Below, piece after piece: positions 23,579 to 36,440 of a stretch of DNA of 64,000 nucleotides; the first letter of the stretch is position 1, and each line of letters begins with the position of its first letter. Under the pieces are notes generated by a model. It did not search any database. It saw nothing but the letters and a program-made list of their open reading frames with translations, and had not been told where the DNA came from. Location of the stretch: assembly GCF_000281045.1 (NCBI RefSeq), contig NW_008246094.1, positions 227,261-291,260 of the forward strand, written 5' to 3'. This DNA comes from Saprolegnia diclina VS20. Lineage: Eukaryota. Position numbers and translations under genes: made by a program.

Positions 23579-25696
23579 CTAGGGTGTTAATCCAAAGCTG
23601 AGCTTGAGCTGTGCGGCCAAATCGTCGACCACTGCGTCCGGTATCTTGGTCGCGTGGTTGACGTCGTGGGGCGGTTCGTCCCGCACTGCCTCGAGGTACT
23701 GGACCTGCGTCGTCAAGCGAATGATGGCGGCTTCGAGCTCCGAGATGATGCTGGCTTCGACGGACGGCCGGCGCGCCTTTTGCTGCTTGAGGCGTTGGTT
23801 CTCTGCCTGTGCCACATGACCACATGAAGCAGAGACCACGGATCTGTCTACCTCGAGGCGGTCAATGTGGGCTTGGGCACTCGCCTGAGCAGCTTCCAGG
23901 GACTCGATCTTGGCCATCAGCTTGGCAAACTACACAGCCATTGCGCCACCAAGTACCTCCGAGACAAGGCTACCGTGCGACGGTCCAGTGCGCTGGGCGG
24001 TGGGAGTGAGTCGTCTTGGTTGGAGCTCAAAAAGCGCGGACTTGCCCCCACAAGTAAGTCAAGCGCCGACGCTTCCGCGGGCCCCACTCGCGGTGGCGGT
24101 GGTGGCAGACTCGGCGACTCGTGTCGTGGCACCTTGCGCGCTTTGGTCGGTGTCGGCTTCCTTTTTTGCGCTCTTCCGTTCTAGCCACCCGTCGGCTCCG
24201 TGCACCACACATCGTTGGACGCACCGTGCCCGCGTAGATGGACGTGACCTTGCGCGCCGAGAGTTGCGGTCTCCGCACCGGCGTCGGTGTCGGTGTCGGT
24301 GCCGGTGGCGGCCGCAACGACGACGACGATGGCATTGGTGGTGACGGTGGGCGGCGCTGTACTTTTTTGCGAACGACGGTGGGGGCTACGGAGGTTGGTG
24401 CCGGTCCTCGCCACTGCTGCAGCACGCGCTTGAGCAGAGGGTGTTCCATCGGGTGGTGCATCGATGACGAAGCACGCTCGACGCGGTCCTGGAGCATCCG
24501 GTCGACGAACGTCGTGACGCGGGCATCTAGCACACATGGAGTCGTGTGCCCCGGGGCGCGAGTCTACCGGTCGCGCTGTTGCCGTGGAGCATGAGCACCG
24601 TCAGCGTGCTGTTGGTTTGGAGCGCCTCGGCGAGGTTCAAGACGCCCCGGGGTCCGATTTCATTTTCGGCCAAGTTGAGACCGTACAGCCAGTTGTCGTT
24701 GTAGAGAGCTTGGCAGAGCACCTCGGTCGTCGCATCGCTGAGCGCATTCGAGGCGACGCTGAGGAGCATGCAGCCCTCGCCTTGGACTGGCGTCGTCTGG
24801 CCGCGCAGCGTCGTGCTCCAGTACGTCTCGTCCCGGCGCTGGCATTGCACCTAGAATACTGTCATGGGCAGAGAACGGGTCGAGGCATGTACGCGCAGGA
24901 TGCGCGAGAGGGCGCGGGCGCTCTTGTCGCTGAGCTCGCACGATGCCAGACTCAGGTGCAACAACTGGGGCTGCGTCGCCAAGGCGTCTTCGAGCTCTAG
25001 GACAGGCTGCTCCGTGACGACGAGCAAGGTGTGACGTACGGTCGAGGCCTGCGTCGCCGAGCTTGGACTCGGACAAGTCGATGGACACGAGCGTCGTGGC
25101 TGCCTTGAGTCCCTACCGATCGTATCGATTTGTATCAAGATGCAGTGAGCCAAGCAAGCGACCTTGGCGAGGTCCGGAACCGTCTCGCTCGCAATGGGCA
25201 CGCCAATCAGGTCCAAGGACACGAGGCTCGTGGAATGTAGCAGCATAGAGCTGAGGCTGCGCACGATGCGCATGTGCCCAGGAGGCTGCGTCGCGTACGG
25301 CTCGTCCAAGCCCATGCGCAGGAGCTTGGTGCGCAGTGCTATGTCGACTGGATCGCACGTGCCATTCTACCGTCGTCGTGCGTACCTCGCTTCATGGGTA
25401 CGCGCCCGAGAAAGACGCGCGCATGCTGGAGCGTCGTCGTCTTGGCAATAAAGTCAAAGAGGACACGCAGCTAGCCAGCGATCAGGCCATGCCGCAGTCG
25501 CCATCGTACCTCTTCCGGGTCGAGGTTGTCGACATGCACGAGCACGCCATGCTTCCTACGCGAGATGCCATTGCCGCCTGCCCATGGCCATGAAGATCGT
25601 CGTCTACTCGAAGATCGTCTTGGCCTCGGGAATCGGCTCGGTCGTCTTCTTGTGGCAGAAGGCTGCGTACGCGACGGCGAGGCTGCCCGGCTTCAT
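23579..25696 (-). CDS. CEP78: Centrosomal protein CEP78-like (N-terminal LRRs, C-terminal coiled coil), multi-exon
   Basis: RI-type LRRs with the insert QCQRRDETYWSTTLRG and DNWLYGLNL...ALQTNSTL, matching the CEP78 pattern as I recall it. Start MKPGSLAVAYAAFC. Confidence 0.7.
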
Positions 25697-26482
25697 CGCC
25701 CAAAAGATATAGAGTCGGTTAGAAAACCCCGTTAGCTGAACAGTGTCGCCAATAGAAACCCATTTACGATCCGTACAATGGGTCGTATAGTCGACAATCC
25801 CACAACAGGACAGTGTATTAATACACACGGAGTGGACTAGTAATAGCAAGGGTATATCAACTGTTTATAGTCCCTAGGTACTAGAGAGCCTTTGGCCAAG
25901 CTCGCATTGACGACTGCTCGTCACACGCGCATATTCCTTCGGCTTATCGTACTGCCGGACGATGACTCCAGCACGGCGATGAGCTTTTGGCCGCCGACGG
26001 TCGAGACCCTTCTAGTACTTCGGACGTACACCTTAGTAGGCGGCGTCTTGACTCAAGTCAGATCCTATCTCTCAGGACCATGGGCACTAAGATCATGGGC
26101 AATACACGCGGGCTCAGCTCCCACTTTGGCACGAGTATCAAGGTATCAACCATCGACAGCCAATCCCAGCGGATTGATGGAGGGACAGGAGCAGCTCATT
26201 GCGTGATCGAGATGGTGTTGTCGCGGTGGGTGGCGATGGATCCTACGTTAGTTCTCGGCCAGGAACCAGAACCTATTGCCAAATCCCCTTGACGCTCGGG
26301 AACCCGAGTTGCTGCCGACCACGATGAGTGCCATGCTCACCTTCCCCCGCCTCTCTCTACTTGATCCCGATGCAATTACGTCAACTTGCCTGGGCGACAC
26401 GGGTTGGGTGTTTGTTGAATGGCTTGTGCAGTGAAGAGTTGGTCCGTAGGAGAGACACGAGAAGCATATTCAAGGCACCTCG

Positions 26483-29400
26483 TTACGCTGCGTCGTTGGT
26501 CTTTTCGTCGACAGCTTCTTCGTCGGCCATGATGTCGGCGATAAACTCGAGCGACTCGTCCTTCGTCATCGTGTAGACCGTGCTAATCTTGTTTTGGTGG
26601 CCAATGCCGTAAAACTGGTCGGCGACCATCACGAGCTCGGGCCGGAACGTCGACGTGATGAACTAGACAATATCAACTTGATACAAACAGGCGCATCGGA
26701 ACGTACCTGGGCCGGGTTTTCCTCCGAGTGGGCTTGGCGGTGGATGAGTGCCGCGACCGCCGCACGGTGCGTCGCATCGAGCGCTTGGTCAATCTCGTCA
26801 AAGAGGTAGAACGGCGCGGGGTCGCAGCGCTGGATCGCAAAGATAAAGGCGAGGGCGACAAGCGCCTTCTGGCCGCCCGAGAGCTGCTGCATGAGGTACG
26901 AGTCGCCTTCGCCGCGAAAGTTGACCTTGATCTGGACGCCGACAAACGTCGACGTGTCCATCGTCGTCGCGTCGTCCGCGCGCATGATGAGCATTTTGCC
27001 TTCGCCCGTCGGCACGAGCTCCTTGAACACCTGCGAAAAGTGGTGCGACACGCCCTTGAACGTGCGCAGAATGGCCTCGTCCTTGCGGCGGTCGAGCACG
27101 TCAATGAGCTCTTTGATCGAGACATCGCCCGCGTCGAGCTCGGCCTTGCGCGCCAACAGCGTCGTGCGCTGCTCGCTAAAGCTCACGTATTGGTCGAGCG
27201 CCTTCTTGTTGACGTGCGAGAAGCCCTTGAGACGGTCGCTGCATTTCGAGAATCGCTTTGAGACCTCCTTGTAGCTCAACTCTTTGAACGTCTCGAGCTC
27301 CGACATGGGCAGCGTACCCAGCTCGCGAATGTCGCGCGTAGCGGCCTCGCGCTTCTGGAGGAGCCGTCGGCGCTTCGCCAGCATCTTCTCACCCCGCGTT
27401 GCTTCGTCGCCGAGCTGCGCCAGCAGCGCTTGGAGGTCATTTTGGATCTCCTCGGCAGCCATCTCGTCGGACGCAAGCGCGACTTCGCATGCGCGGAGCT
27501 GCGCCTCGACGTCCGTGTACAGCACGTGGTTGCGCTCCACAGCACGCTTGGCGTTGGCCAAGTCGACGGCCTTCATCCCTGCCGACGTCTTGCGCTCGGT
27601 CGCGTGCAGTGCGAGGAGGCTGCCGTCGGTGATTTGGCTCTGGATTTCCTTCTCACGGCGACGCAAGTGGTCGTGAAGCCGCGTCTCGAGCGTCGCGGTT
27701 TGAGCGCGCACGTCTTCGACCTGACGTACGTACTGACGTTCGTGCGACTTGACTTCGGCAATCTGGACGTGCACAGCCGCGAGGCGGGCCGTCTCGATCG
27801 GCGAGAGCGAGTCGCCCATGTCTTGCGCCAATTCGGCTTCGAACGCGACCCGCTTGGCCGTCAGCGACTGGATTTCCGACTGGATCGTCGCGAGCAGCGC
27901 CGTCTTTTCCGTCACGTGCGCCGTGTCGATCTGAATCTGTTGCACGAGGCGGTCGTAGTCCTGCTGGAGCTGCCCGTACGTGTCCATGGCGTACTGTCGC
28001 TCCGACTCTTGCTTTTGAATCTCGCCGACGACGCCCGCGACCATTTGGTCGGCCTGCTGCGCGGCGTACTTGATCTTTTTGGCCTCGGCCTTGATCGCGT
28101 CGAGCTGCGCTTGGGCCGACCGCACTTGGAGCATTGCGCGCGACCGCGACCGCTTCGGGTCCTTGTACCCGCCGTTCAAGCCACCGCGGCGCTGGACCAC
28201 GTCACCGTCGAGCGTCAAGCAGTCCATGCCCGTCTTCTCAGCATACTGCATGCACGTGTCGAGGTCGCGGCACAAGAGCTTCTTCCCAAAGGCCGACAAG
28301 ACGGCCTTCTTGATCTCGGACGGATACCGCAGCTTGTCGAACAGGAGGACGGCGTCGTCGTTGGCCTCAAACGTGCTTGGCTCGCTCACCTTGAGTCGGT
28401 TGAGCGGCAAGAACGTCACGCGGCCCAAGTTGTGCTTCTCGAGCTCGCGCATGAGGCGCGTCGCCACGTCGTCCGAGTCGACGACCACATGAAAGTACGC
28501 GCCGCCCGCGGCTTCGTCCAGCGCGACGCAAAATCGGTCGTCCACGGGCTCGACGAGCTCGATCAAGGGACCATGGATCCCACGGAAGCGCTGTGATTCT
28601 TTCCAGCCTTTCACTGCCTCGAGGCCGCGGCGCACATCGTACGACATGGTGCTGTGCAGAATCGACTCGCCGCGCGAGAGCTGCTCGGCGTGGTGCTTGA
28701 CGTCTTGACCGACCTTGTTCTCGTCGCGCCAGCGATCCTTGCGCGTCTCGGACACGTCGTTGCGCTTCTCCTTGAGCTCCACGAGGCGTCGGCCAAAGCC
28801 ATCGAGCTCGGTGCGGGCCTCGGCCATCGCGACCGACCGGTCTGTGAGCGAGTCTTTGGCCTGGGCGATCGTGGCGTTGGCGGTCGAGATCGACGTCTGC
28901 AAATGGTTGGCTTCCTTCTCCTTTCGCTGCACGAGCCCGACAAGGTCGTCGATCTCTTGGCCAAGGTACGCATCGCGGTCGGCCTGCGACGAAAACTGGG
29001 CCTTGCGCGACTTCTTCGCAATGAGCGCGTCGGCTTCGAGCTCGAGCGTCGAGAGCGTTGCGCGGGTGTTGGCGAGCAGCTGCAAGAGGTCGTGGAGCTT
29101 GGGCGTCCACTCGGCGAGCTCGGTTTCCGCCGCTTGGCACTGCGCTTGGATCGTCGCGAGCTCGGTTTTGAGCGTCGCGCCCCGGGACGAGTCGTGGTCG
29201 ACGTCGTCGTTGAGGTCCTGGAGCTCCATTTCGAGCTCGTACTGCGCCTGCATGAGCTCGGCGCGCTCGGCCTCCAAGCGAACCTTGTCGCTAGTCCAGT
29301 CTTCCAGCTTTTCGGTGTGGCGTTGCACCGAGTCTTGGATCTGCTTGAGCTGGTCCTTCAAGGTCCGCTCCTGCGCATGGAGGTCGGTCGACGTGGAGGC

Positions 29401-30150
29401 ATCCTCGGACCGCTGGCGCTCGATGGCTTCGAGCTCGATGCGCACGTCCTGAAGCTCTTTCTCATGGAGCATGTACTCGAGCGCGCGCTTCTCCTTATCG
29501 AGCGACTGGTACTCCTTCAACTCGTCCTTCTCGTCTTCAAGCTCGGCGAGGCGGCTCTCAATGTACGAGATGACCTCGAGGATCTTGTCGCGCCGGCCCT
29601 GCGAGTCTTGGATGATCTTGAGCGACTCGAGTCGTCGGTCTTCGTAGACCTTGGTGCCGGCCACGTCCTTGAGGAGCTCGAGGCGGTCGCGGTCCTTCAT
29701 GAGCGCGAGCGCGTTCACCTTGCCTTGCTGCACAATGTAGTACGGGTTCGAGCGCGAGAAGCCGGCGGTCTCGAGCAGGTGATGCACGTCTTGCTTGGTG
29801 ATGTGCTTGCGGTTGAGGAAGAACTCGTCCTTCTTGACGCCAATGGTCCGGCGCAGCACGACCTCGTCCGTGTCGAGCGGCAGCCGGCCATCGCGGTTGC
29901 AGAACGTAATCTCGACGTACGCGCTCATCACATGCTTCCCGCTGCCTTCATGGAGCAGGCCTTGCCGGTCGTCCGGGCGGAGGTTGGCGAAGCGCTCGGT
30001 GAGGAGCCCGAAGCGGATCGCGTCGAAGAGGTTGCTCTTCCCCGTCCCGTTCCGGCCGATGACCACGTTCTGCGCCGGCGAGAAGGTCTCGACGCCGGTC
30101 TCGTCCTTGTAGCTGCGGAAGCCCGCGACGACGACGCTCTTGATGTGCAT
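26483..30150 (-). CDS. SMC3: Cohesin subunit SMC3
   Basis: MHIKSVVVAGFRSYKD, Walker A GRNGTGKSN, GFSRSNPYYIVQQG, hinge GRVTFLPLN, LSGGQK, DPAPFYLFDEIDQALD. A 44-nt intron (26663..26706) precedes FITSTFRPEL. Confidence 0.98.
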
Positions 30151-30681
30151 GCTCCGGGCGCTTCCTCGGGCCAAAATGGAGAATGGATTACCTCTCAAAG
30201 TCGATATCCGAACATATGGGGTTTGCGAATCTGGCGCCAAAACCAGTCCGCGGCAAACCGCACGCAGCGTTCTTTTATTCAACGTTGGCGTTCTTTTAAT
30301 CCACATCGCGCGCTTTTAAACAAAATATGTGTCTTTTAATCGGTAGGGACGTCTTTTTTGTCGGCGCGCGTTCTTTTATAGTAGGCACGACGAGGAGCCT
30401 CACCATATCCTTGATCCCTTCCATCTATCCATCCCTCCAACGATCTCTATCCATCTATGTATCCAACTATCGTCAGGCTCTCAACAATGCACGGATCCAT
30501 TGAGAAACTTTGCGATTTCAAATTTCAAACAACGTGACGAGAGACCGCCACGTCATTTCGACCGCGCCTTCGAGCACAGGACACCTAACCTGAGCTACCC
30601 TGTGCCTGCTCAAGCACGGAGTGCGCCAAGAAGAGAGGCAGTCGTATGCCAGCGCCCATGTTGCAGTCGGTGTAGCTGCCA

Positions 30682-31185
30682 ATGTTGCACTCGATGCATT
30701 TGGCGGCAACGAGATCCAGCTCGTTGCATTCGATATTCCGTCGACCAATGGCCTCCGACCGAGAAGCACGCAGCGCCATGGGGCTCTCCGCGTGGATCGT
30801 CAAAGGCCACCTACCGCCGCTCCCAGCGACAGTCAGCCGTGCGCGCCGTCTCTTGCCCGCGCCGCCACGCCACCGCCGGCCGCGACCGCCCAAGTCGTGC
30901 GTCTTCTCGCCTGCTCAGAACGCACAGTGGGCCGCCACACTGCGCGTGCTACACATCTTCCGAGCGCTCTATGGCCACCTCCGTGTGCCGCAGTCGTTTA
31001 CGGTGCCTTCGCATGATCTGCGCTGGCCGCGCGATCTCTGCGGCGCGCACGTCGGGCACATGGTCAAGAACCTCCGCGCCCGCGCCAAGCACTGGGTCGG
31101 ACCCGCCGCCCAGGAGCGCGTCGCGACGCTGGACGCGCTTGGCTTTGTCTGGGCGCTGCGTGCCCGTGGCCCCTACAACACCTAG
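30682..31185 (+). CDS. Helicase-associated (HA) domain protein, stand-alone
   Basis: W...L..FRALYGHLRVP..F.VP....WP...G......LR...LDALGFVW signature; start codon uncertain. Confidence 0.7.
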   Translation: MLHSMHLAATRSSSLHSIFRRPMASDREARSAMGLSAWIVKGHLPPLPATVSRARRLLPAPPRHRRPRPPKSCVFSPAQNAQWAATLRVLHIFRALYGHLRVPQSFTVPSHDLRWPRDLCGAHVGHMVKNLRARAKHWVGPAAQERVATLDALGFVWALRARGPYNT

Positions 31186-31303
31186 TTGTTCTCATTCTTC
31201 TAGTACGTGGCAGCGCCACGAGGCGGAACCGAGTTCGAAAATACACTTATACATTTGCATACGACATTCACTTCCGGGCGAAATGTTGTCGCCAGTCGCG
31301 TCG

Positions 31304-32959
31304 CTAGTCGAGCGCATCAAACGCGCGCACTGGGCGTCGCGCCCGCGCTTGCGTGCCCTGTGGAGAGACGATCCCGTCAACTCGGAAGATGATGAGGGTG
31401 CGTACCGACGTCTTGTTGTAGCCGTAGACATGTCGGAGGTCGCCGATGAGTCCCGAGAGACCTTTGGTTTCGTACGGGAAGAAGAGCGACTTCTTGTCGA
31501 GATTGGTGCACATGGTTTGGAGCATATCCATGTAGCGCTGCGAGATGACGTACTCGGTCTGCGACGCCCCGTCGGCTGAGAAGGCCGCGCCAATAAGCTC
31601 GAGCGACTTGGACTCGGCGCGCGCGAGCTCGACCTTGGCGCCGGCCAAGCCCTCGGACCTAGGGGTTATTGTAGTATCAAGATATCAGTGGTTGCGAACG
31701 CACGTTTTCCGCGTGGCTTCTTGCTCGGCGACACCGAGGTTGTACTTTTTGAGCTTGGTGCCTTCCGATATGAGGCGCATCGCGGCTTTCCGGCCCTAGT
31801 AAAATAGGATGAGTTTGGTGCGATTCTTGAGATTCATATTGAGATTGAGATATGGCGTACTTCGGCGTGGATGAATTCGGCGCGGCGTGTGCGCTCGGCG
31901 ATCATTTGGCGCTTCATCGCGTCAGCGATTGTGGTGCCGGGCTTGGGCAGCATGTCAACGACTTCCAGTCGCTCGACCTAGTCGCATTTTAGTCGATTTT
32001 GTTTTTAGTCGAAAGGATATCGGTACCACAAGACCCCACTGCGCAAACCTATCGCCAAAGGTGCGCTGGATATGCGCGTTGATGACGCTCTGGGACGCCA
32101 GCGCCTCAGTAAACGTCATGTTGCCGAAGACCTCCTTGAGCTGCGTCTGCGCCACATTGGCGATCGCCGAGCTGAGGTCGTCAATCTCGTAGACAGCCTA
32201 GTTTAGTTAGTTCGTGACGCGTCGTTAGCGCAGTAGAGGTCGCACCTTGCGGACGTCGACGATGCGAAAAAACATGATCGAGTTGACGTCGAGGAGAATC
32301 GTATCCCGCGTGTAGACCTAGTACATATATAGAGTCTGTATAGGCAGTGCTCGTGCGACACTAGTGCACTTGGTATCGCACCTCTTGACTCGGGAAGGCA
32401 AAGATACTTTCGCGTAAATCAATGCGGTACTGCTGGTCACTAGACATCGTAGTATGTGCGACCTACTAGGCGAGTAGACGACGAGCTCGTCGTACTCGTG
32501 CGTCTCCATGCGGCCGTTGCGCTTGACGACGCGCTTCCACGAAAACATGCGCGGCGAGTCGATGAGTGGCACCTACCAGTCCTCGTCTAGTTAGTCGATG
32601 GACGCGAGATGTAGTCGATACGATAAAGTGAATGCCCGAGTCGAGGAGCTTGTGGTAGCCGCCAAAGCGCTCAATGACAATGCCTGCATCGACAGAGACA
32701 GACGACGTGTCCTCGCACCGACAACGTGTTGAATACCTTCGGCTTGCTGCACGACGTAGATCGACTTGCGCAGAATCAGAGCGATTACGAGAAAGACCAC
32801 CAGAGCGACAATAAGGCCGACAATGGCTCCACTGGCGTCGCTCGTGCCACTCCCACTGCTGCTGCTAGTCGAATTGTAGGTGCTGTTGCCGATTCCTGGC
32901 GACTTGGTCGATCCAAGGTACGTCGTCGGCGTTGGTGCTGGCGTCCGAGTCGAGCTCAT
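31304..32959 (-). CDS. SPFH/band-7 (stomatin-like) membrane protein, multi-exon
   Basis: N-terminal TM, SIYVVQQAEG, TRDTILLDVNSIMFFRIVD, AQTQLKEVFGNM, AMKRQMIAERTRRAEFI. Confidence 0.88.
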
Positions 32960-33406
32960 GGTACAAAAGCAGTTGCTTGGAGGTAAGCGTTTCAAAAAAC
33001 CTAATGTTGAAATAGCTTCAAGCTTTTTGTGAATCGATTGTTTATCTCTCGGTGGGAATTGCAACGTGGAGCGACAGCAGAGGACTTTATTAATTTAGTA
33101 CTTTAGTACCTTAGTACGTTAGATACACTGCGCGTCGAGGGCCGTCGGTAGCCGTGGCTAGAATGGGAGCCAAATTTGGCCTCGGGCGTCCGTTGGGGGC
33201 AAGCTACGCAGCTTGCAACCTTCCTTGTGATCGCTACTTCGAGTGTCTATCACCACGACAACTAATAAGCTGGTCGTCTTTGTGCCCGGGAGCGTCCTCG
33301 AAGCGTCTTGCGTCGCGAGGGAAGCAGACACGTTTTCTCATTCATAGTACGAGTTTTGTCTTTTATTGTCGTTTTATATATTCTTTTATTGTCTTTTAAT
33401 CAAAGA

Positions 33407-34772
33407 ATGATGGTCGAATCCTCTCGCTGGGCGCACTTAACGGAACGCGCTGGCATGGCCGCATCGCTCTGGGATTCGCCGCTCGTCAACTCGGTGGCCT
33501 TCCACCCGCGCCGCCACGCGCAAGGCGCCGGCCTCCCGCCGCATGCCATCGATGGCGTCTTTACCGATGGCCACGTATCGCTCGGCTACCGCTTCTTCCG
33601 CCCGTTGCAGCCCGATGCCTACTGCGCGGTCGTCGTGCTCTTCCACGGCAACGCCGAGATCGCAGCCGACTACGCGTCCGCCGCCACGACGCTCGCCGCC
33701 ATGCAAGTGCCAACAGCACTCCTTGCAGTTGACTTTCGCGGCTACGGCTGGAGCACCGGCGAACCGGCGGTAGCGCGCCTCCTCGAGGACGCCGAGCTCG
33801 TCGACCGCTTGCTCCACACGGTGCCATCGCTCAAGCGGGACGTGCCGCGTATCTTGTTTGGCCGGTACGACGAGACCCTCGTCTTTGTCACCTCAGTGTC
33901 CAACTAGGTCGATTGGGTCGCTCTGCGCGATGCATGTGGCGGCCAAGGCGCCGACGCGATACCGCGGCCTCATCGTCGAGTCGGGCTTCCACTCGATTCT
34001 GGCGCTGCCCATGGTTAGCCAGATGGCCAGCTTTATGCCCGGCGGCGCGGCCATGCTGCAGATGCTGCCCGAGATTTTTCACATTCGCGAGAAGCTCGAG
34101 TCGCTCCACCTCCCGTTCCTCGTCATTCACGGCGAGGACGACGAGATCGCACCAGGTGCAAACTTCACAACGACGCACGAAACACTCGACTCTTCTGCTT
34201 GATACCACTAGTGCAGCAAGGTCGAGACCTCTACGACGCATGTGCGGCCTCGGTCAAGAAGCTCCAGGTGTTTCCCCGTGCCGGCCACAACGACCTGCAG
34301 CTCAAGTACCACCGCGACTACTACGCCTCGGTTGAATGGCTTTTGCAACAAGCGACATCGACAGGTCGCTCAAGCAGCACTCCAATAGACACTCTGCACA
34401 CACACTGTAGGCTCGGCGCTCGACGCTGCATTCGCCGCGCACCAATACGAGCGCGCGCTGCGCCTCGGGAAGGAAGCGCTGGCGTCCGACACTGTCGACA
34501 ATATCGCCGTGCTCTCGGTGCTCGCCAAGGCGTCGTATTGTCTCTATGAAGTCGAGAGCACGATCAAGTACACTTCGCAGCTCCTCCAGCTCGCGCCAAA
34601 CGACGTGAACGCCCTCTGTCTCCGGGCCAAGGCGCACTGGAAGCTGGGCGACAAGGCGGCGGCCCACGCCGACGCGATCCAACTGAGCCTTGCACTGGTG
34701 GGCAACGGCGTCCCGCAAGACGCCAGTGTCGCGGCAGCGCTCCTGGCCATCCATTTTTGGTCGATTCAGTAG
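33407..34772 (+). CDS. Alpha/beta hydrolase (ABHD13/17-like) with a C-terminal TPR, multi-exon
   Basis: FHGNAE, DFRGYGWSTG, spliced nucleophile elbow GRSIG, HGEDDEI, AGHND, followed by TPR-like helices. Confidence 0.88.
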
Positions 34773-35187
34773 TTACGAGCAGTAAGCAAGTTGAACTAGA
34801 CGACGAGGGTTCATGTCCTCCTCAGTATTACAATCGAACTATTATTTGCTATTTGTTTCGACTACACTCTGCCTATGCCAACCGTGCACAATGAGAGGCT
34901 CACCAGGCGACCCTGCAGATGATGATGGCTTGGCGATGGAGACAGAAGCGCCTACGTCCCTTGGTCTTTTGACGTCTCACCATCGATCGGCGCTGGATGC
35001 ATCAGCAGGGACAGAAGACCGTGTTCAGCTTTACACTGGTATACTCATAGTTTTACGCTATGCAAGGACTTGAGTTAGGGTAGAATAAGGAGGCGTTTAA
35101 CGCAATTACCGCTGCCTCTAATGGCGCGGGTTCCAAATTGGGTATCGCAACGCACTGGGAGTGTTTTGGATTCTTTGGCTTGGCTCT

Positions 35188-36159
35188 CTACAGCGTCGTC
35201 GCCGTCGTTGGGTTGGCGAGACTGAGATCGTGGGTCTTGTCGGCTACGGTGGCCTCGACCATGGGTCGCACGAGGATCGGAGATGCTGTGGCGCGGCGGC
35301 GGTACGTGGCGTAGACGATGAGGACGGCGAGACCGATCGCGATCCCAACACCACCGACCACGAGCGTGCTCACTATTACGTAATACCCGACGTCCTGGGC
35401 AAAAGCTGCAGTGTTGGTCTCTGAAAACTGCGCTGCATCATCTGGGAGCGCGCGGAGGTCGGTCTGCAGCGCTTCGAACGCCGACCAGAGCGAGCCGGCG
35501 CTAGCAACCGACACTTCGAGCGGCGTAGCCAGCGTATACAGCATTGCGCAGTCGGGCAAGTGGGCGTTGGTCACCAGCTTTTGCAAACGGCAGCGCCGAC
35601 AGGGCGACTGGACTGTGCATCCCGGTAGTGTGGGCTTCGTCAAGCACGACGCATCGATAATGCCAATGACCCGCGCCAGCCCCGTATTGTTGTCGCAGAT
35701 CGCGGCGTCGAGGTCGCACGGCCAGTAGCGCGACGACGGCGTCGGGTACGTGCTACACCGGCGGCACGGAGCAAAGTTGGGCAGACACCCGAGGCCGCCA
35801 TACAACGTGCACGTTGCATCGTAGATGGCCGAGACGTTGCCTGCACTGCCTTCGGTTGGCAGCAAGAACGCCGTGCACGAGATGCTCTCGGGTGGGCGAA
35901 TGGCGGGGTGCATGGCGCGCGGGCAGACTGCATACGGCGTCGGCGCGAACGTGGTGTTGTACAGCCAGCACTTGCGGCACTGCGAGTCGACGCAGTCGGT
36001 CGGGCGCGGCTCGCTACTGCAGCCGGCCGGGTCGGCCACGACCGCGACGCCACGCTCGACGTCGTAGGACGAGAGGTAGCTCGAGAACGGTGTGCAAGCA
36101 GCGCTAACACACGAGGCAAAGACAGCGATCGCGGTGACGGCGACGAGCAGGCAGCGCAT
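35188..36159 (-). CDS. Cys-rich type I membrane or surface protein
   Basis: Signal peptide MRCLLVAVTAIAVFASCVSA; three D..C....C....CR.C modules (one with GGLGC); C-terminal TM followed by YRRR. Confidence 0.8.
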   Translation of the reverse strand: MRCLLVAVTAIAVFASCVSAACTPFSSYLSSYDVERGVAVVADPAGCSSEPRPTDCVDSQCRKCWLYNTTFAPTPYAVCPRAMHPAIRPPESISCTAFLLPTEGSAGNVSAIYDATCTLYGGLGCLPNFAPCRRCSTYPTPSSRYWPCDLDAAICDNNTGLARVIGIIDASCLTKPTLPGCTVQSPCRRCRLQKLVTNAHLPDCAMLYTLATPLEVSVASAGSLWSAFEALQTDLRALPDDAAQFSETNTAAFAQDVGYYVIVSTLVVGGVGIAIGLAVLIVYATYRRRATASPILVRPMVEATVADKTHDLSLANPTTATTL

Positions 36160-36440
36160 GCTCGACGGTCGCAACAACAATTTTCGAATCCGGTTCGTTT
36201 CGATAGAATCTAAAAATAGAATCCGAAATTACGTGGCAGCATCAAGTGCCACCTTTTTGGCCACGGTCGCGCCTGCATTGCTGTTCTGCTGTGCAATACC
36301 AAGCGACTGAGAGACTGCGAGGATAAGAACGTAGTCTTGCTAGAAGCGACAAGCACAGCGCGCCACGTGTACTCAAATGATTGGTGATTCGATAGAACGA
36401 CGCTGTTGACAACGGCCACTTGAAACGTTGCGTGAGATCG

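Noticed and set aside
30151..30306. 52-aa N-terminal extension of SMC3 in the ORF track
   Set aside because: The conserved SMC3 start MHIK is at 30150; the upstream part is probably UTR or promoter.
27430..30339. Long plus-strand ORFs (388 and 561 aa) opposite SMC3
   Set aside because: Antisense shadows with no recognisable motifs.
33095..33122. (TTAGTACN) x3.5 as a telomere-like repeat
   Set aside because: Does not match TTAGGG/TTTAGGG; a simple microrepeat in a divergent promoter region.
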